Source: Octopus sinensis
Taxonomy: Eukaryota
Length of the DNA: 64,000 nucleotides
NCBI RefSeq assembly: GCF_006345805.1
Contig: NC_042997.1
Location: 81,902,001-81,966,000, forward strand
Reading direction: 5' to 3'
This document shows positions 14,118-30,789 of this stretch, one piece after another. How positions within the stretch are numbered: the stretch's first letter is position 1; every line of letters begins with the position of its first letter. Under the pieces are notes generated by a model. That model had not been told where the DNA came from, made no database searches, and saw only the letters and a program-made list of their open reading frames with translations. Position numbers and translations under genes: made by a program.

Positions 14118-17100
14118 TATGTTTGACTTTTGCTTTATGTCTGTACATGTTGGCTCCAAATCTCACCCAGAGACCTCAAGAGACAACAGGTTGGAAGTTC
14201 ACGTTGTTGTTATGCCTAGTGTGCCATATATTTGGCTTTTTTTTGGTGTTGTACTAGTCAATGTCTAATACATAACTTTAAAAAAAAAGAAAGTTTGTTT
14301 TAAACCTTGGGATTAAATAGTGAGTATTTTGCGTAGGATATGAGCAGTTCCCATGAGCACTATCTTTTGAATTTCTGCCATTTTGGGGTTTCCTGGTATC
14401 TGAGTTAGGTAGCAATCAGTCCCTTTCGCTATCATTCCCAGGGCACCTATGACAACAGGTATTGTTTTAGTCTTCAGCTTCCACATTTTGCTGATTTCTA
14501 TTTCAAGATCTTTATATTTGCTCAGTTTTTGGTAGGTCTTGACAGATACGTTTATATCGATTGGGACAGTCATATCAATGAGGAGGTATGTTCTTTGTCT
14601 GAAGTCTTTCACTATGATGTCTGGCCTATTTGCATCTATCTTCCTGTCAGTTTGAATGGTGAAGTTCCAGAGGAGTGAGATGTGGTCATTTTCAAGCACT
14701 GGAGGTGGATTGTGTTCACACCAGTTTTTTTCATTGGGCAAATTCAGGTTTTTGCAAATTACCCAGTGAATATATTGTGCAGTTCTATCATGCCTGTTGA
14801 GGTACTCTGTAGGCGCTAGAAGACTGCATTTGGAGACAACATGATCAATGGTTTCATTTTGTTGTCGGCATACACTACATGTTGGTCTACTGCCGTTCTT
14901 TAATATGTTGGCCTGGTAGTTTCTTGTTGGTAGGCATTGATCTTGAGCTGCTATGATAAACCCCTCTGTTTCAGATTTTAAGCCAGAGGCCATTAGCCAT
15001 TGATGGGTCAGGGTTTGTCAATATCTGCATTATTCGTTCTCTTTGAGTATTTGCCATAGAGAGGTTTTTCTTGCCATTTATTATTCAGAATATCTAAGGC
15101 CGCAGGTTTGGCACGGGTTTTCATTCGCCTAGTTTTTTCTGTACTTGTTTCTTGTATGTCTATCTCTAATTCCGAAATTTGTTGTATTCGGAATTCACTT
15201 AGATATTCCTTTGCCTGTTTTGTTACTGAGTATGATGCTTTCTTGTTTTCATGTTTTGAGACAAGTTGTAACATCCAGTCCTCAGACTTTTTCAGGTAGG
15301 TGTCTAGGCCAATTGTAGCAATCTTCATTGTTATTGCCAGTTGCAAAAGACCACGGCCTCCCTCTTTTCTTGGCAGATAAAGTCGTTCTGTATCTGCCTT
15401 AGGGTGGTGCATTCTATGCATTGTCAACAGTTTTCTTATTTTTCTGTCGAGCTGACATATTTCAGTAATTGACCAGTTAACGATATTGAAACTGTAAGTC
15501 ACGACTGGTATGGCTAATGCATTGATCGCTTCGATCCTGTTTCTTGCATTCAGCTCTGTCTTGAGTATTGCTCTCACTCTTCGATAGCATTCTCTCCTGA
15601 TCCTTTCCTTCATCTCTGAATGCCTTATTCCGTTCCCTTCAATTACCCCTAGGTACTTGTAGCTCTCCGCTGGGTCTAGTTCTTTTATGACATTCTGCTG
15701 GTCAAGGTTAACGTTAGATGTTTCTGTCATTTTTCCTTTGATAAAGGTAGCTTTTGCACATTTATCGAGGCCGAATTGCATTCTGATGTCGTCACTGAAT
15801 TGTTTGACTATCGCTAGTAAGCCCTTGAGTTGTTGGTTATTTTTTGCAAAAAGCTTTAAATCATCCATGTAAATGAGATGATTTATATTTTTATCAAACA
15901 TTTTATACCCGTACCGCGATTCATTGAGCAGTTTTGAGACAGGTATTAAGGCTAAACAAAATGCCACACGAAAGTTTTACATCACCAGTATTTAGGGATT
16001 CATTGTCACTGTTCAGACTTAGTGTGGTTCTCCATGATCTCATACTTACAGTCAAAAAGTTTCGCAGAGTAGGTGCTATCTTATACATTTCCAGGCATTT
16101 CCTAATCCAGCTATGTGGTAGGCTATCAAAAGCCTTTTTATAGTCTATCCAGGCTATTGATAAGTTTTTGTGTCGTTTGTGACAATCTTCTAAGATCATC
16201 TTATTGATGAGTAGTTGATCTTTACAGCCGTAGGATCCACGTTAACATCCTTTCTGTTCATTAGGGAATATGCTGCTGTCTGTTAAAAAACTATAAGTAT
16301 ATTCCGTCAGGACAGATGTTAGCGTTTTATACATAGTCGTTAAGCAGGTTATGGGTCTATAGATTTTTGGTTCATTTGTTTCTTCACTTTTTGGAAGCAG
16401 GAATCTTAACCCATTAACTAACCAAGGAGGCATCCTACTAGGGTGTTGCAAAACATCATTGTACAGTTCTGTTAGCAGTTCATGACTCTCTGGGAAGGCA
16501 TTCAGCCAGAAGTTAGGAATTTTATCCTTTCCTGGAGACTTCCATTTGCTTGACCTCCTGAGAGCAGATCTTATATCTTCTACCTTGACACCCTCCCACT
16601 TTTGCTCTTCTAAGGGGTCCAGTTCTGTAGATATTCTGTCAATCCAGGGGGCCTTTTCGTTGTGTATGTTTTCTTCTGCCCAAATTTTATTCCAAAATCC
16701 CTGCACTTCTTCTTTTGATGGTACAGACCTTGCAGTAAACGCGGTTTTTCCTATCTTCCCGTAAAAATTCTTGGGGTTATTTTTGAACATGTTGTTGTCC
16801 TCGAAAAATCTTTTCATACCTCGCTATGCGGGCAGCTTTGGCAGATACCTTTTGTTTGATGGTTTCTATGGTGGCATCAATATCAAGTATAGTTTTCATA
16901 TTGTATTTTTTCAGCAATTTGTGGATTTTTGTAGGTTTGGTAGTCTTGTGAACCTTAAGTTTTTTCAAATATTCAATGTCAGATCTAAATAGTTTAATTT
17001 GTTGTTGCAAACGCTCTTGCCAAGAAGGCTTTTTTTGGGAGTGTTACCGTTTTCTAATCTTTACACCACATAGGATCGTTGAGATTTTCGCGGATGCATA

Positions 17101-17513
17101 GTATAGGTGGTTGAGATTTGTGATATCAACATCATTAGCTGAAATTATATCCTTAAGTGCAAGCCGGATTTTACCAATTATTTTCATGTTTTGGTTAGAG
17201 TTGCGGATTTTAGGGAGTGTATCACGTTCATCCATGCTGGTTTCTTTAATTTTCAGCCATTCAATCATGATTTGATTTTTTAGCTCATGTAGTTCTGTTG
17301 GGTCAATATTTGTGTGACTTTCTTTATCTATTTCATGTTCATCTGTATTAGTGTTTATGATTGGTTCAGGGAGTATTTCACTTTGCCTATCACTTATACT
17401 AACTCTTTCAATCCTTACTTCGTTTTTATCAGCTCTGGGCTGGTCTATAATTATTTCCTCTGTATTATCATCTCTAGCTGCAGCTTCGTTCATTTTATCC
17501 GATATTGCTTGCC
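14117..17513 (-). mobile_element. Family C copy C5, longest copy, 5'-truncated and degenerate
   Basis: ORF pieces 17044-17547, 16777-17010, 16242-16817 (YRPITCL, QKGC), 15921-16199 ([10 protein letters not shown]), 15008-15967 (YMDD) and 14313-14993 (CCHC+RLE). The RT motif FQGDSLSP is deleted at ~15960 (SCGI|FCLAL). Confidence 0.9.
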
Positions 17514-17643
17514 TTATTATCATTATTATTATTATTATTATTATCATTATTATTATTATTATTTTATTATTAATATTATTGTTGTTGTTGTTGTTATTAT
17601 TTTTATTATTATTATTATTAATATTATTAATATTATTATTATT

Positions 17644-17942
17644 ACGTTTATATATTTGTTTTGCAATATTCTTGATGAGAAATCATGTGTTGAAACAGAT
17701 GTAGTTCTATTTAAATTACAAAATTTAAAATACAAGATGGCTAACCGTTAGTAAGGAAAGACACACAAATAACAAAGAAGTAAGCAAAGGACCACTGATG
17801 AGGTCACAGAAGTGTGACGAAAGTATCTGGCCAAAATAAGATTAAAATTAATGTAAAAAATAAAGCTGAAGCAAATTAACACCAAATATATAGCGCGTCT
17901 GTCATTATTGGCTAAACTGGCAAAATGACTATTCCTAAATAC
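17644..17942 (+). mobile_element. Element X copy X1: ~300-bp non-coding repeat with hammerhead motif and downstream AATAAA (Penelope-like pseudo-LTR or retrozyme-like piece)
   Basis: Three bounded copies (17644, 34153, 42348) between TAT tracts. The hammerhead core is followed by an A-rich tract containing aataaa. Confidence 0.65.
17789..17832 (+). ncRNA. Putative minimal type I hammerhead ribozyme
   Basis: ggacca-CTGATGA-g-gtcaca-gaag-tgtgac-GAAA-gta-TC-tggcc. Core intact, helix II is 6 bp, helix I is ~5 bp with one bulge, helix III is rudimentary, cleavage triplet AUC. Confidence 0.62.
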
Positions 17943-17966
17943 ATCATTATTATTATTATTATTATT

Positions 17967-18793
17967 CAGTAGTTTTATTTTTATTTATATAGCGTGCTTT
18001 CACTTCACTACCGAGCGCAGCTCTGTGTGCCTTGGGTATGTGCTGTGATTTGTTGTGATGCTCTGATGGTTATTGTATGGAAAGTGTTCTGCGTAGGATG
18101 TGGGCAGTGCCTAGTAGTGCAATTTTCTGTGTGTTATATGTGTTTGTAAGTCCTGGTGTTTTTGTTATGTATTTGTCTGAATATTTTTTTATCATGCCTA
18201 ATGCACCTACTATGATAGGAATTGTTTCTGTTTTCAGATTCCACATTCTAGTTACCTCTATTTCCAGGTCTTTGTATTTTGAGAGTTTCTCCATTTCTTT
18301 TAGAGACACGTTGTCATCTGCCGGTATTGATACATCAATTAAAAAGCATTTTTTTCCTTCATGATCTCTGACAACTATATCTGGTCTGTTGGCCTTAATT
18401 TCTCTATCTGTGTGTATCGGCATATCCCAGAGTATGGTTGCTTTCTCGTTTTCTGTGACCTTTTCTGGTGTGTGCCTATACCATCTTTTTTCTGTTGTTA
18501 TTCCATAATGTTGGCATAGCTTCCAATGTATGTAGGTTCCAAATCTGTCATGTCTGTGAATATATTCCTTCTTAGCCAGGACTGGGCAGCTAGAGATAAT
18601 ATGATTTATTGTTTCTTGTCCATCTCCACATATTCTGCAGTTACTTGTAATATTTCTTTTCATTACATGTTTTTGGTAATTTCTGGTGGGGAGGCTTTGG
18701 TCTTGTGCTGCAATTAAAAATCCCTCTGTTTCTGCTTTGAGTCCTGAGCTTCTCAACCATTGCTGGGATTTTTCTTTGTCTATTTCTTTTGCG

Positions 18794-18797
<4 letters not shown>
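17967..18797 (-). mobile_element. Family D R4/Dong-like 3' fragment D1 (complete CCHC+RLE plus 3' UTR)
   Basis: CRIC..ETINHIISSC, RHD, NRPDIV, LIDVSIP, KLSKYKDL. Truncated at gcgttta|ttatt. Confidence 0.92.
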
Positions 18798-18830
<33 letters not shown>

Positions 18831-18838
18831 TATTATTA

Positions 18839-18888
<50 letters not shown>

Positions 18889-18915
18889 CATTATTATCAT
18901 CGTTATTATTGTTAA

Positions 18916-18967
<52 letters not shown>

Positions 18968-19458
18968 GAGTGAGCGAGCAAAGTGACACTAGGGTAAAAT
19001 ATACGAAGCCCAGTATACCCATCATGACTACCCGTCTGATAAGGGTACACCAGGCACATGCATCACAACCATATGTGCGTGACATGGTGATCTCATATCA
19101 AGATAAACAGCACATCCCGCTCAAAAGGTCCCTGTATAAGGGTTGTTTAAGGACATTGAATGAAACACCCAGAGTTTCCAGAGGTGAATCATTCAAACCC
19201 CAAAGAATCCTTCTCAACACATGGCTATGATGCTCCCCCACTACTTCTGCTCGTGATCAGAGATGCACATATCGTCAGCCACTAAGGGAGATGCTCAACT
19301 GGTTACGGTCAAACAACTGACAAGCAAATCTGTGGTATTGAGCAGAATATTTGCTGTAGCCCATCTTTTATACCAAGACAAAACAATGTACATGATAACA
19401 CTTCCAATCAGTTAAGATCAGAAGCCATGAGAGCCACTGCCTGGTACTGCATCAGGGC

Positions 19459-19461
<3 letters not shown>
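18968..19461 (-). mobile_element. Element F copy F1: non-coding SINE-like repeat inserted in (TAT)n
   Basis: Homologous to 31410-31929 and 63956-64000. TAT tracts on both sides. No coherent ORF. Strand is inferred from the (AAT)n polarity of the R4 copies. Confidence 0.7.
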
Positions 19462-19496
<35 letters not shown>

Positions 19497-19536
19497 TATT
19501 ATTATTATATTATTATTATTATTATTATTATCATCA

Positions 19537-19609
<73 letters not shown>

Positions 19610-19610
19610 C

Positions 19611-20236
19611 ATTTAAGACATAACACAGTATCCAAGATCGTGATTTTCTTGATTGAAGATATTGTGTCTACCGGGGGTTTGTATTGTCGGTCATGTTCCA
19701 ACAAGGATCTCAGAAAGACAGTATCTTACGCAATATACCTGCTGTTCTGAGTAAGGCCATGTTTTGCAATATACCTAGATTGTACGGTATTTCTAAATTT
19801 TCCAGATATTTATTCATGTTGTTTTGGTATTGAATCCAATACTCCGATGATAATAGGGACAACCTTTATATTTGACTGTCGTAGCTGCCACAACATGGCG
19901 ATTTCAATTCTCACGTCTCCATATTTATCGATCTCTTCTCTTTCTTTCATAATATGTTGATCTTGTGTTGTGCCTCCTCTGTTATTAGGCACTCTTGTTT
20001 TTCCCTCCTAAATGTTACATGGTCCAGCCTTTGGTGCTTAAAGTTAAAGTCCCAGAAGATTTCTAACTTTTCCTTTTGGTCCTTTACTTTTAGTGGAGTA
20101 TTTTGGTGGCAAGCTCCCATTACCTCGTATCCATACTTCCGACATTGTAGTTAGTGAAGGTTCTGCGCTACGTTGTCATGTCTGCTCTTGTACTCTTTCT
20201 GCGCAAGACGTTCACAAGCTTGTGAAAGCGGGCATG
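19611..20236 (-). mobile_element. Family E: old, degenerate R4/Dong-like 3' fragment E1
   Basis: Frame-corrected LAQKEYKSRHDNV, ILWDF, KYGDVRIEIAMLW and KVVPIIIG. The 3' UTR abuts (AAT)n. Confidence 0.82.
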
Positions 20237-20263
20237 TGCGTGTGTGTGTATATATGTATATAT

Positions 20264-21215
20264 CTAGGTGGAGAAAAACTGGGACGAGGTGACGAATAGG
20301 GTAGCCAATCTTACACAGAAATCGGCCGAGAGGAAGCTGTTCCTGAAAGGTCGAGCAGAGGGGGAGAATGCGTACATCACATCGGTCACATACTACCGCT
20401 TGACTGTCGGCACTTGCCCCTTACGTTGCCTGAACATGCTGGTCGGCATACACATCCAATTTATGTGGAGGGATTGCGGTCCGCTGGTAAAGTGCTCCAT
20501 CTGCTGTCAGCAACCGCTGAATGGCGGCTTAGGCCTGCCGTGGTTGATGATGCACAGACATCCGCCCAGACAGCAACATCTCCAGCGTCTCCTTGACCGT
20601 AAGCAGGTTTGGTCGCCGTTTGTTAGACTCGCTCTTCCACAGCTGGTATCTTTGCCTTAGCTGCAGTCCTGGATTAGGCTCAGTAAAGGTTGCATAAATG
20701 CCCGGGGCCCCGGGTCCCCTTGGAAACGAGGTCACCTTTTAAATGACCTGAGGTACCTCAGTGTAGAAGTAGCAGCCATTAGTGAAACCAGAGTTTCCAA
20801 CCCGCAGGACCTTATAACACTTTCGGTGGATAAGCGATTTTTCTATCTCCGTGTTGGTCGGGAAGGGGCGGTGGTGGTACTTCAATGCTTTTCCGAAAAG
20901 ATCTGGATTTGTAAATAAAGGCAATCTTCCTGGATCCAGAAAGTAAGTTAGTGTTTCTAGATGTGAGCAACAGTGACGGCGGTACCTTCAGACAGGGGAG
21001 GGCGGTCGGATTACTTCAAGTGTCTGGAGGTTTTCCTGGGAACGTCTCGAGCTTTAGTATTAGTAGGAGATTGGAACGCTGTCCTAGATAAATGTTTCGA
21101 TTGCGTGGAGCTATCAGATAGGAGAGTGGGTTGCAACATCCTAACAAACCTGCTCAGATGTTTTCAACTGTCTGACAGGTACCAAGTAGATTAACCGTAT
21201 GTGCTAATGTGGACG
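20264..21215 (+). pseudogene. L1/Tx1-like ORF2 remnant T1: post-RT segment fused to the N-terminus of an APE endonuclease
   Basis: VEKNWDEVT..LKGRAE..GGLGLP, followed directly by CINARG..VAAISETR and LVGDWNAVLD. Confidence 0.8.
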
Positions 21216-21261
21216 TCTTTCGTGTTTGATGGTCGATGGTTGTCATAAGCAGATATATATA

Positions 21262-21450
21262 TTTCTACTTAGAGTACAGTTGCTGCTACCTTCTAACTTC
21301 GAACTCAGTACTTGACTGGTACTTTACTTTATCAACCCTGAAATGATGAATTAGCCACGTTGGTGTCAGTAGCGTTTGAACTCAGGTTGTAAAGAGATAC
21401 AGCAAGGCAGTTTTTCCAGTTCTCCAACAATCCCGCCAATATACCACCTT
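21262..21450 (-). mobile_element. Degenerate tRNA-type SINE (same family as 48636-48852); second copy at 50230-50418
   Basis: Reverse complement aligns by eye with the 48636 SINE (ctggtact..ttatc, tttgaactcag B-box-like segment). Confidence 0.55.
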
Positions 21451-22128
21451 CGTGCCATGAACAAATAATAAAAGACAAAAATTAAATTTTAAAAATAATT
21501 AGTATAAATTACATCATCGGCAAAACTGGAGAAGACGCGCTCCATTCAAGTAAGAACGAATAAACAGACAGGTGTTAGTTGTGATGGTGGTTATAGTGAA
21601 GATAATCGGTGATTGAAGGGAAGGATGAAAACGACGATGACATCAAATATGAGATAGGTTGAAATATTTTCTCATATTTCAAGCTTTATCTGATACTAGA
21701 AACAAATTACATACGAAAACCACTTATTCTTCAAAATATATCTCAATATATTCTACTGTCTGTTACCATCGTTGTATGAGAAGCTCAGTATCATACTTGT
21801 ACCGTTTGGGTGATTTTAGAGGCAAAAAGCTTACAGCGCTGTTTTTCAACCTCATCCATATTGTTGAAAATTCGTCCATACAGCTGAGCACTGGTGTCGA
21901 TGTAATCGATTTACCCTCTCACCTGAAATTGCTGACTTGTATCAAAATTTGAAACCAATCATTATTATGTCGAATTCATATTATTTTTTTTTAACCCCAG
22001 TCAGACCCGAAGCGATCAGACGATGTTTAAACACAGATATCCCAGTCTTCACAATTCTCATTTTTTGTCCTAGCATTCTTTAGTCTTGTCTATGTACAGT
22101 GTCCGGTATGAAAAATTAGCTAGAGATA

Positions 22129-23395
22129 CGAGAGCTGTTCAATAAGTAATGCCCCTGACCCACTTCCCATAGCAGTAGAGCAACGAAACTTGGCACAGTT
22201 ATTAGTTATTTTCTGCATAGGAACCACCCAGAGTTACTTTTTTTGTCCCATCGTTTGATGCAGCTCTGGAGACTGTTTTTGTAGAAGACCCCAGCTTGGT
22301 CCTCCAACCACGACGTGACTTCAGAAATCAAGAGTGCATCATCTGGGAAACGCTTTCCTTTCAAAAACTACTTCATTGCTGGGAAGAAGTGAAAATTAGA
22401 GAGGGCAAGGTCAGGAGAGTAGGGGGGAGGGGGAGGAGTTCATAGTCGCACGCCTGTGCTTCTGATCTGGCGACAAGCGAGTTGTGGACCGGAGCGTTGT
22501 CCTGCAGGAGGAGGATGCCTTTGCTGATCTTGCCCCGCCTCTTGATATTGATAGCTTCTCTTTATTTCCTCAAAAGTGAAGCATAATAGGCTCCTGTAAT
22601 TGTGGTACCCATTGCCAGGAAATCTGTCATTACTACTTCGTCCTGGTCCCGGAAGACTGTGAGCATGACCCTAGCCTTCTTTGGAGGAGGTGAGTCATGC
22701 TGCTTCCACTGCATTGACTGGGCGTTGGATCATAGTGATGGACCCAGGTTTTATCCTGTGTAATCAGTCTTTTGAAAAATGTTGATTCATCTTCTTGGCA
22801 CATCTCCAAATTCATCCTCGAGCACTCAACGCGTTCTTGCTTCTGGAAAGGTGTGAGCAACCTGGGAATCTATCTGGCAGACACCTTTTGCATATGCAAA
22901 TGGTCATGAATGATAGTTTCCACAGACCCGGTACTAGTATTGATCTCTTGGGATATTTGGCGAATAGTTATGCGTCGATCTTCCAAACATGGCAGCCTCA
23001 AATTGACGGACAAATGCCTCATCAATGACGGAAGGGGGCGACCAGATCTGGGTGCTGTTTCCACAGGGTTCCGACCATGTTTCATTTCACGATGCCTGCG
23101 CTTTACAAGGTCATATGATGGGACATCATCACCATAAGTTACATTCATATCATCAAAAGTCGCCCGTGGCGTGCGTCCTTTCAAATACAAAAACCGGATC
23201 ACTGCTCGACACTCAACAGGCTCCATTTCACACTTGACTCAGTTCAAACACGTGTAAATCAGAAACCACAATCAGTTCAGTGCTGTAATTAGCCACTTAA
23301 TCTATAGAGATATATAAATAATTGCACATGCAAAATTTCAGCTAGATCAAACAACTGCAAGTTGGTCAGGGGCATTACTTATTGAACGTCCCTCG
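22129..23395 (-). mobile_element. mariner (DD34D-type) DNA transposon M1, defective
   Basis: ~32-bp TIRs (cgagagctgttcaataagtaatgcccctgacc / ggtcaggggcattacttattgaacgtccctcg) with TA on each side. Transposase motifs RAVIRFL, PRSGRP, WIPRLL, WVHHYDP, LLQ(E/D)DN-like, YSPDLAPS. Frameshifts present. Confidence 0.93.
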
Positions 23396-23514
23396 TATAG
23401 AGTAATACGGTTTATTTTTCTTTATCTAATGGAAACATTTCTCGCCTAAAACTAAAAACAAGGCGGTAGCCTTTCTCCTTTCCTGTTTTCTTTCATTAGT
23501 TTCTATCATTAGAG

Positions 23515-23750
23515 AGTGGTCATGGTGGAGCATTTACTTGAAAGGTTTTAGTCGAACAAGTCGAGCCCATTACTTTTTAATCCTTTTAAGACATACTTAT
23601 TAAGCAAACCGACACTGGCTGACGAGCAATGGGGTGCATACACCAACAGGTAGACACACACGCAGAGAGATATGTACTCACATACACACACATACAACCA
23701 CGGTAGGCTTTTTTCAGTTTATACCTACCAATCCACTCGCAAATCTTTAC
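23515..23750 (-). mobile_element. Degenerate fragment of a second SINE family; repeated at ~37540-37740 and ~52445-52680
   Basis: ggttttagtcgaacaagtcga...cacacaca...cagttt..ctacaaatccactc is homologous to 47160-47475. Family assignment is from memory of octopus repeats. Confidence 0.5.
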
Positions 23751-24105
23751 CCGGATCTGGACCTCGTTTGCGTCAATTGGGTGGAAATAAATCTAAATGA
23801 TTTTGTTGAGAATAGCACCATTGTTTGCAAGCTTTACAAATAAGTTGCTGAATCATTGTATTTACGATGTGCATGTACTGAATCTGGTACCTCATTTCTA
23901 TTAACAGCTTGAGGATCTCTTAAATGTATTATTGACTTTTGGTATGAATAGCGTCGTTGTTTGTAAGCGTCACAAATCCGTTTCTGAATCATTGCAATTA
24001 CTATGTGCATTGAATAAAGAGGGCAGGGCTGGTTTAGCAGGTAGGGCATGAATACCAGTAATATAATACCATAATAGGCCACCATAAAATCACTATTTTG
24101 AATTC

Positions 24106-25840
24106 TGGAGACACAAATAATCTCAAGGTCTTTTCCGCACAACAAAAGAGAGAATAGAGAGCACCGCCTTTGCCGACACCACCACCACAACAACACTCAG
24201 CAACAGCACCAGCTAATACTGCTGACCACTACAGCTGCAAAAACAAGAACATGAACAAGAGCAGTGAAGGCAACAGCAGCGAACAGAACAGGGAATTCAC
24301 GAACATCTAAGTCTTTCACATATCAGACAACAGCGAAAACAACAGCATCAGAATTCCCCAAATTAAGAAATTTATTATCAACAGAACAACGGTAAAAGTC
24401 TCCCAAAGAGATGTCCCACTCGTGTTCGTAACAGTCAGACATGTCCTGTGGCCATGGGGACGACGAAGAGCCTAAATGTCAAAAAGTTGGCAGGTCTGAT
24501 AAAATAAAAGGAAGTAAAATATAGACATACGAACACAAAATCTGGCAGGTATGATCAGAGCTGGAAAATATCTTTGTGAATAAATACACACATAACCCCC
24601 CCACCGCCCAAAACAACAGCGTCACCAGTAATGTCAGCATCATTCCCATCGCTACCATCACCACCACTATTATAAAAAACACAACCCCCACGAGCACAAC
24701 ATAATTCACACACACAAATCTCAGATCGCACATACCAACACCAGCAAATGTCAAACATCATTAACTACACAGCAATAAGCAAGAACAATAAAGACCTGAA
24801 GGAACGCATATATAACCATACAGATAACGCGGCCCAGTTTTATCACACCAACAAACAACGTACCAACGCACATAACAGTTATCCTTAGGATAGTCCGTAT
24901 AAATGCACATGATTTGGGGTCGCCTAGGAAACATAGTCATCTACACAGCAACCTCAGATCACGAAGTGTAGATGTAGTGGCTCTCAGTGAAGTTAGACTC
25001 TGACTGACAATCGTTCATGTCGATTTTCGGTGATTTACGCTCAGACAGGAGCAGAACAACAAGCCTTTTTCATGCGTCTGGAGGTTTTCGTAGGAATTCC
25101 TGTTTTAGTGGGCGATTTAAACGCCTTCGTAGAGCCACAATTTGACTGTGTGGGGGATAACGGGTAGTAAAGTGGGTGGTAAAAGCCTCACAAACATGCT
25201 GAGCAATGGGGTCGAGGAAATCAACCTACCTCATTTCTCTAAATCGCTGGCCTTGTGGGAAAATTTGAAAGCATTATTATTGTTATTATTAGCTGCTGTC
25301 GCGTGTAAGACAGATCCGACTATAAGCTGAATCGATAGTGAAGATTGCCCCGCTACCCCACTTTAACCGGGAGGGGCAGGCAATTTTTTTATTTATCTGG
25401 TGGTTGTAGAGAAAGAGGTAGTGTGGTGGACACGTTTGAAAGGGCTAAATACAGACACTTTCGTCTTTGGCCGAACCCTCATCAACTTCAAGTCTCACTT
25501 GAGAAGGAAAGTGAGGGTGAAGAGGGAATTCTTGTCTTCTATCAAATTTGTTGAAATGTAGGTGGATGTGAGATAAATGGCCAGTGTAAATGGACCAATT
25601 CTGAGAATACACCTGTAAAAAGAATAAAAGGAGAAGGGCTCTTGCTCAGTTGATCAGGCACCCGTGGCTTTTGTTGCTTTTCCCACGAGTAACCATTAAA
25701 GAGCCTACCACTATTGGGAGTTTTACTTGTTACTTCTGGATTGTTATTTAATGTTTACATGAATGTGAAAATCCTTTGTAACGTCTTGTGTTGTCTTTTA
25801 TGTATAATTTATATTAGGCCTTGTAGCCCATAAAAGAATG
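24106..25840 (+). mobile_element. Internally deleted L1/Tx1-like element T1b (ORF1 3' part, APE start, ORF2 C-terminus, 3' UTR)
   Basis: Zn-knuckle remnant GDTNxLK, APE motifs INAHDLG, VVALSE and LVGDLNA, then EKEVVWWTRLKGL. The 3' end cccataaaagaatgaatt runs into (ATT)n. Confidence 0.78.
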
Positions 25841-25919
25841 AATTATTATTATCATTATTATTATTATTATTATTTTTTTATCATTATTATTATTATTATT
25901 ACTATTATTATTATTATTA

Positions 25920-25983
<64 letters not shown>

Positions 25984-25992
25984 TGTTAATAC

Positions 25993-26062
<70 letters not shown>

Positions 26063-26188
26063 ATTATTAATATTATTATTTTTATTAATATTATTATTAT
26101 TATTATTAATATTATTATTATTATTATTATTACTATTACTATTATTATTATTATTATCATCATCATCATCATTATTATTATTATTATT
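25841..26188. repeat. (TAT)n tract continuing the Tx1 tail and hosting the D2 3' end
   Basis: Direct reading of the sequence. Confidence 0.95.
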
Positions 26189-30760
<4,572 letters not shown>

Positions 30761-30789
30761 CGGGTGCAATCGTACTGCTTATGTGGCCG

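Noticed and set aside
19100-19460. snRNA origin of element F (GTAGTGGGGGA and TGATCACGA as in U1; TTTTGAGCGGG as in U12; CCTGGTA-TGCA as in U2)
   Set aside because: These are scattered 9-11-nt matches recalled from memory, on mixed strands and not colinear with one snRNA. That is near chance expectation, and an Rfam search would be needed to revive the idea.
23834-24196. Host membrane-protein exon (VAYYGIILLVFMPYLL)
   Set aside because: The frame crosses a deletion junction into antisense Tx1 ORF1, has no family motif, and its conservation reflects recent duplication.
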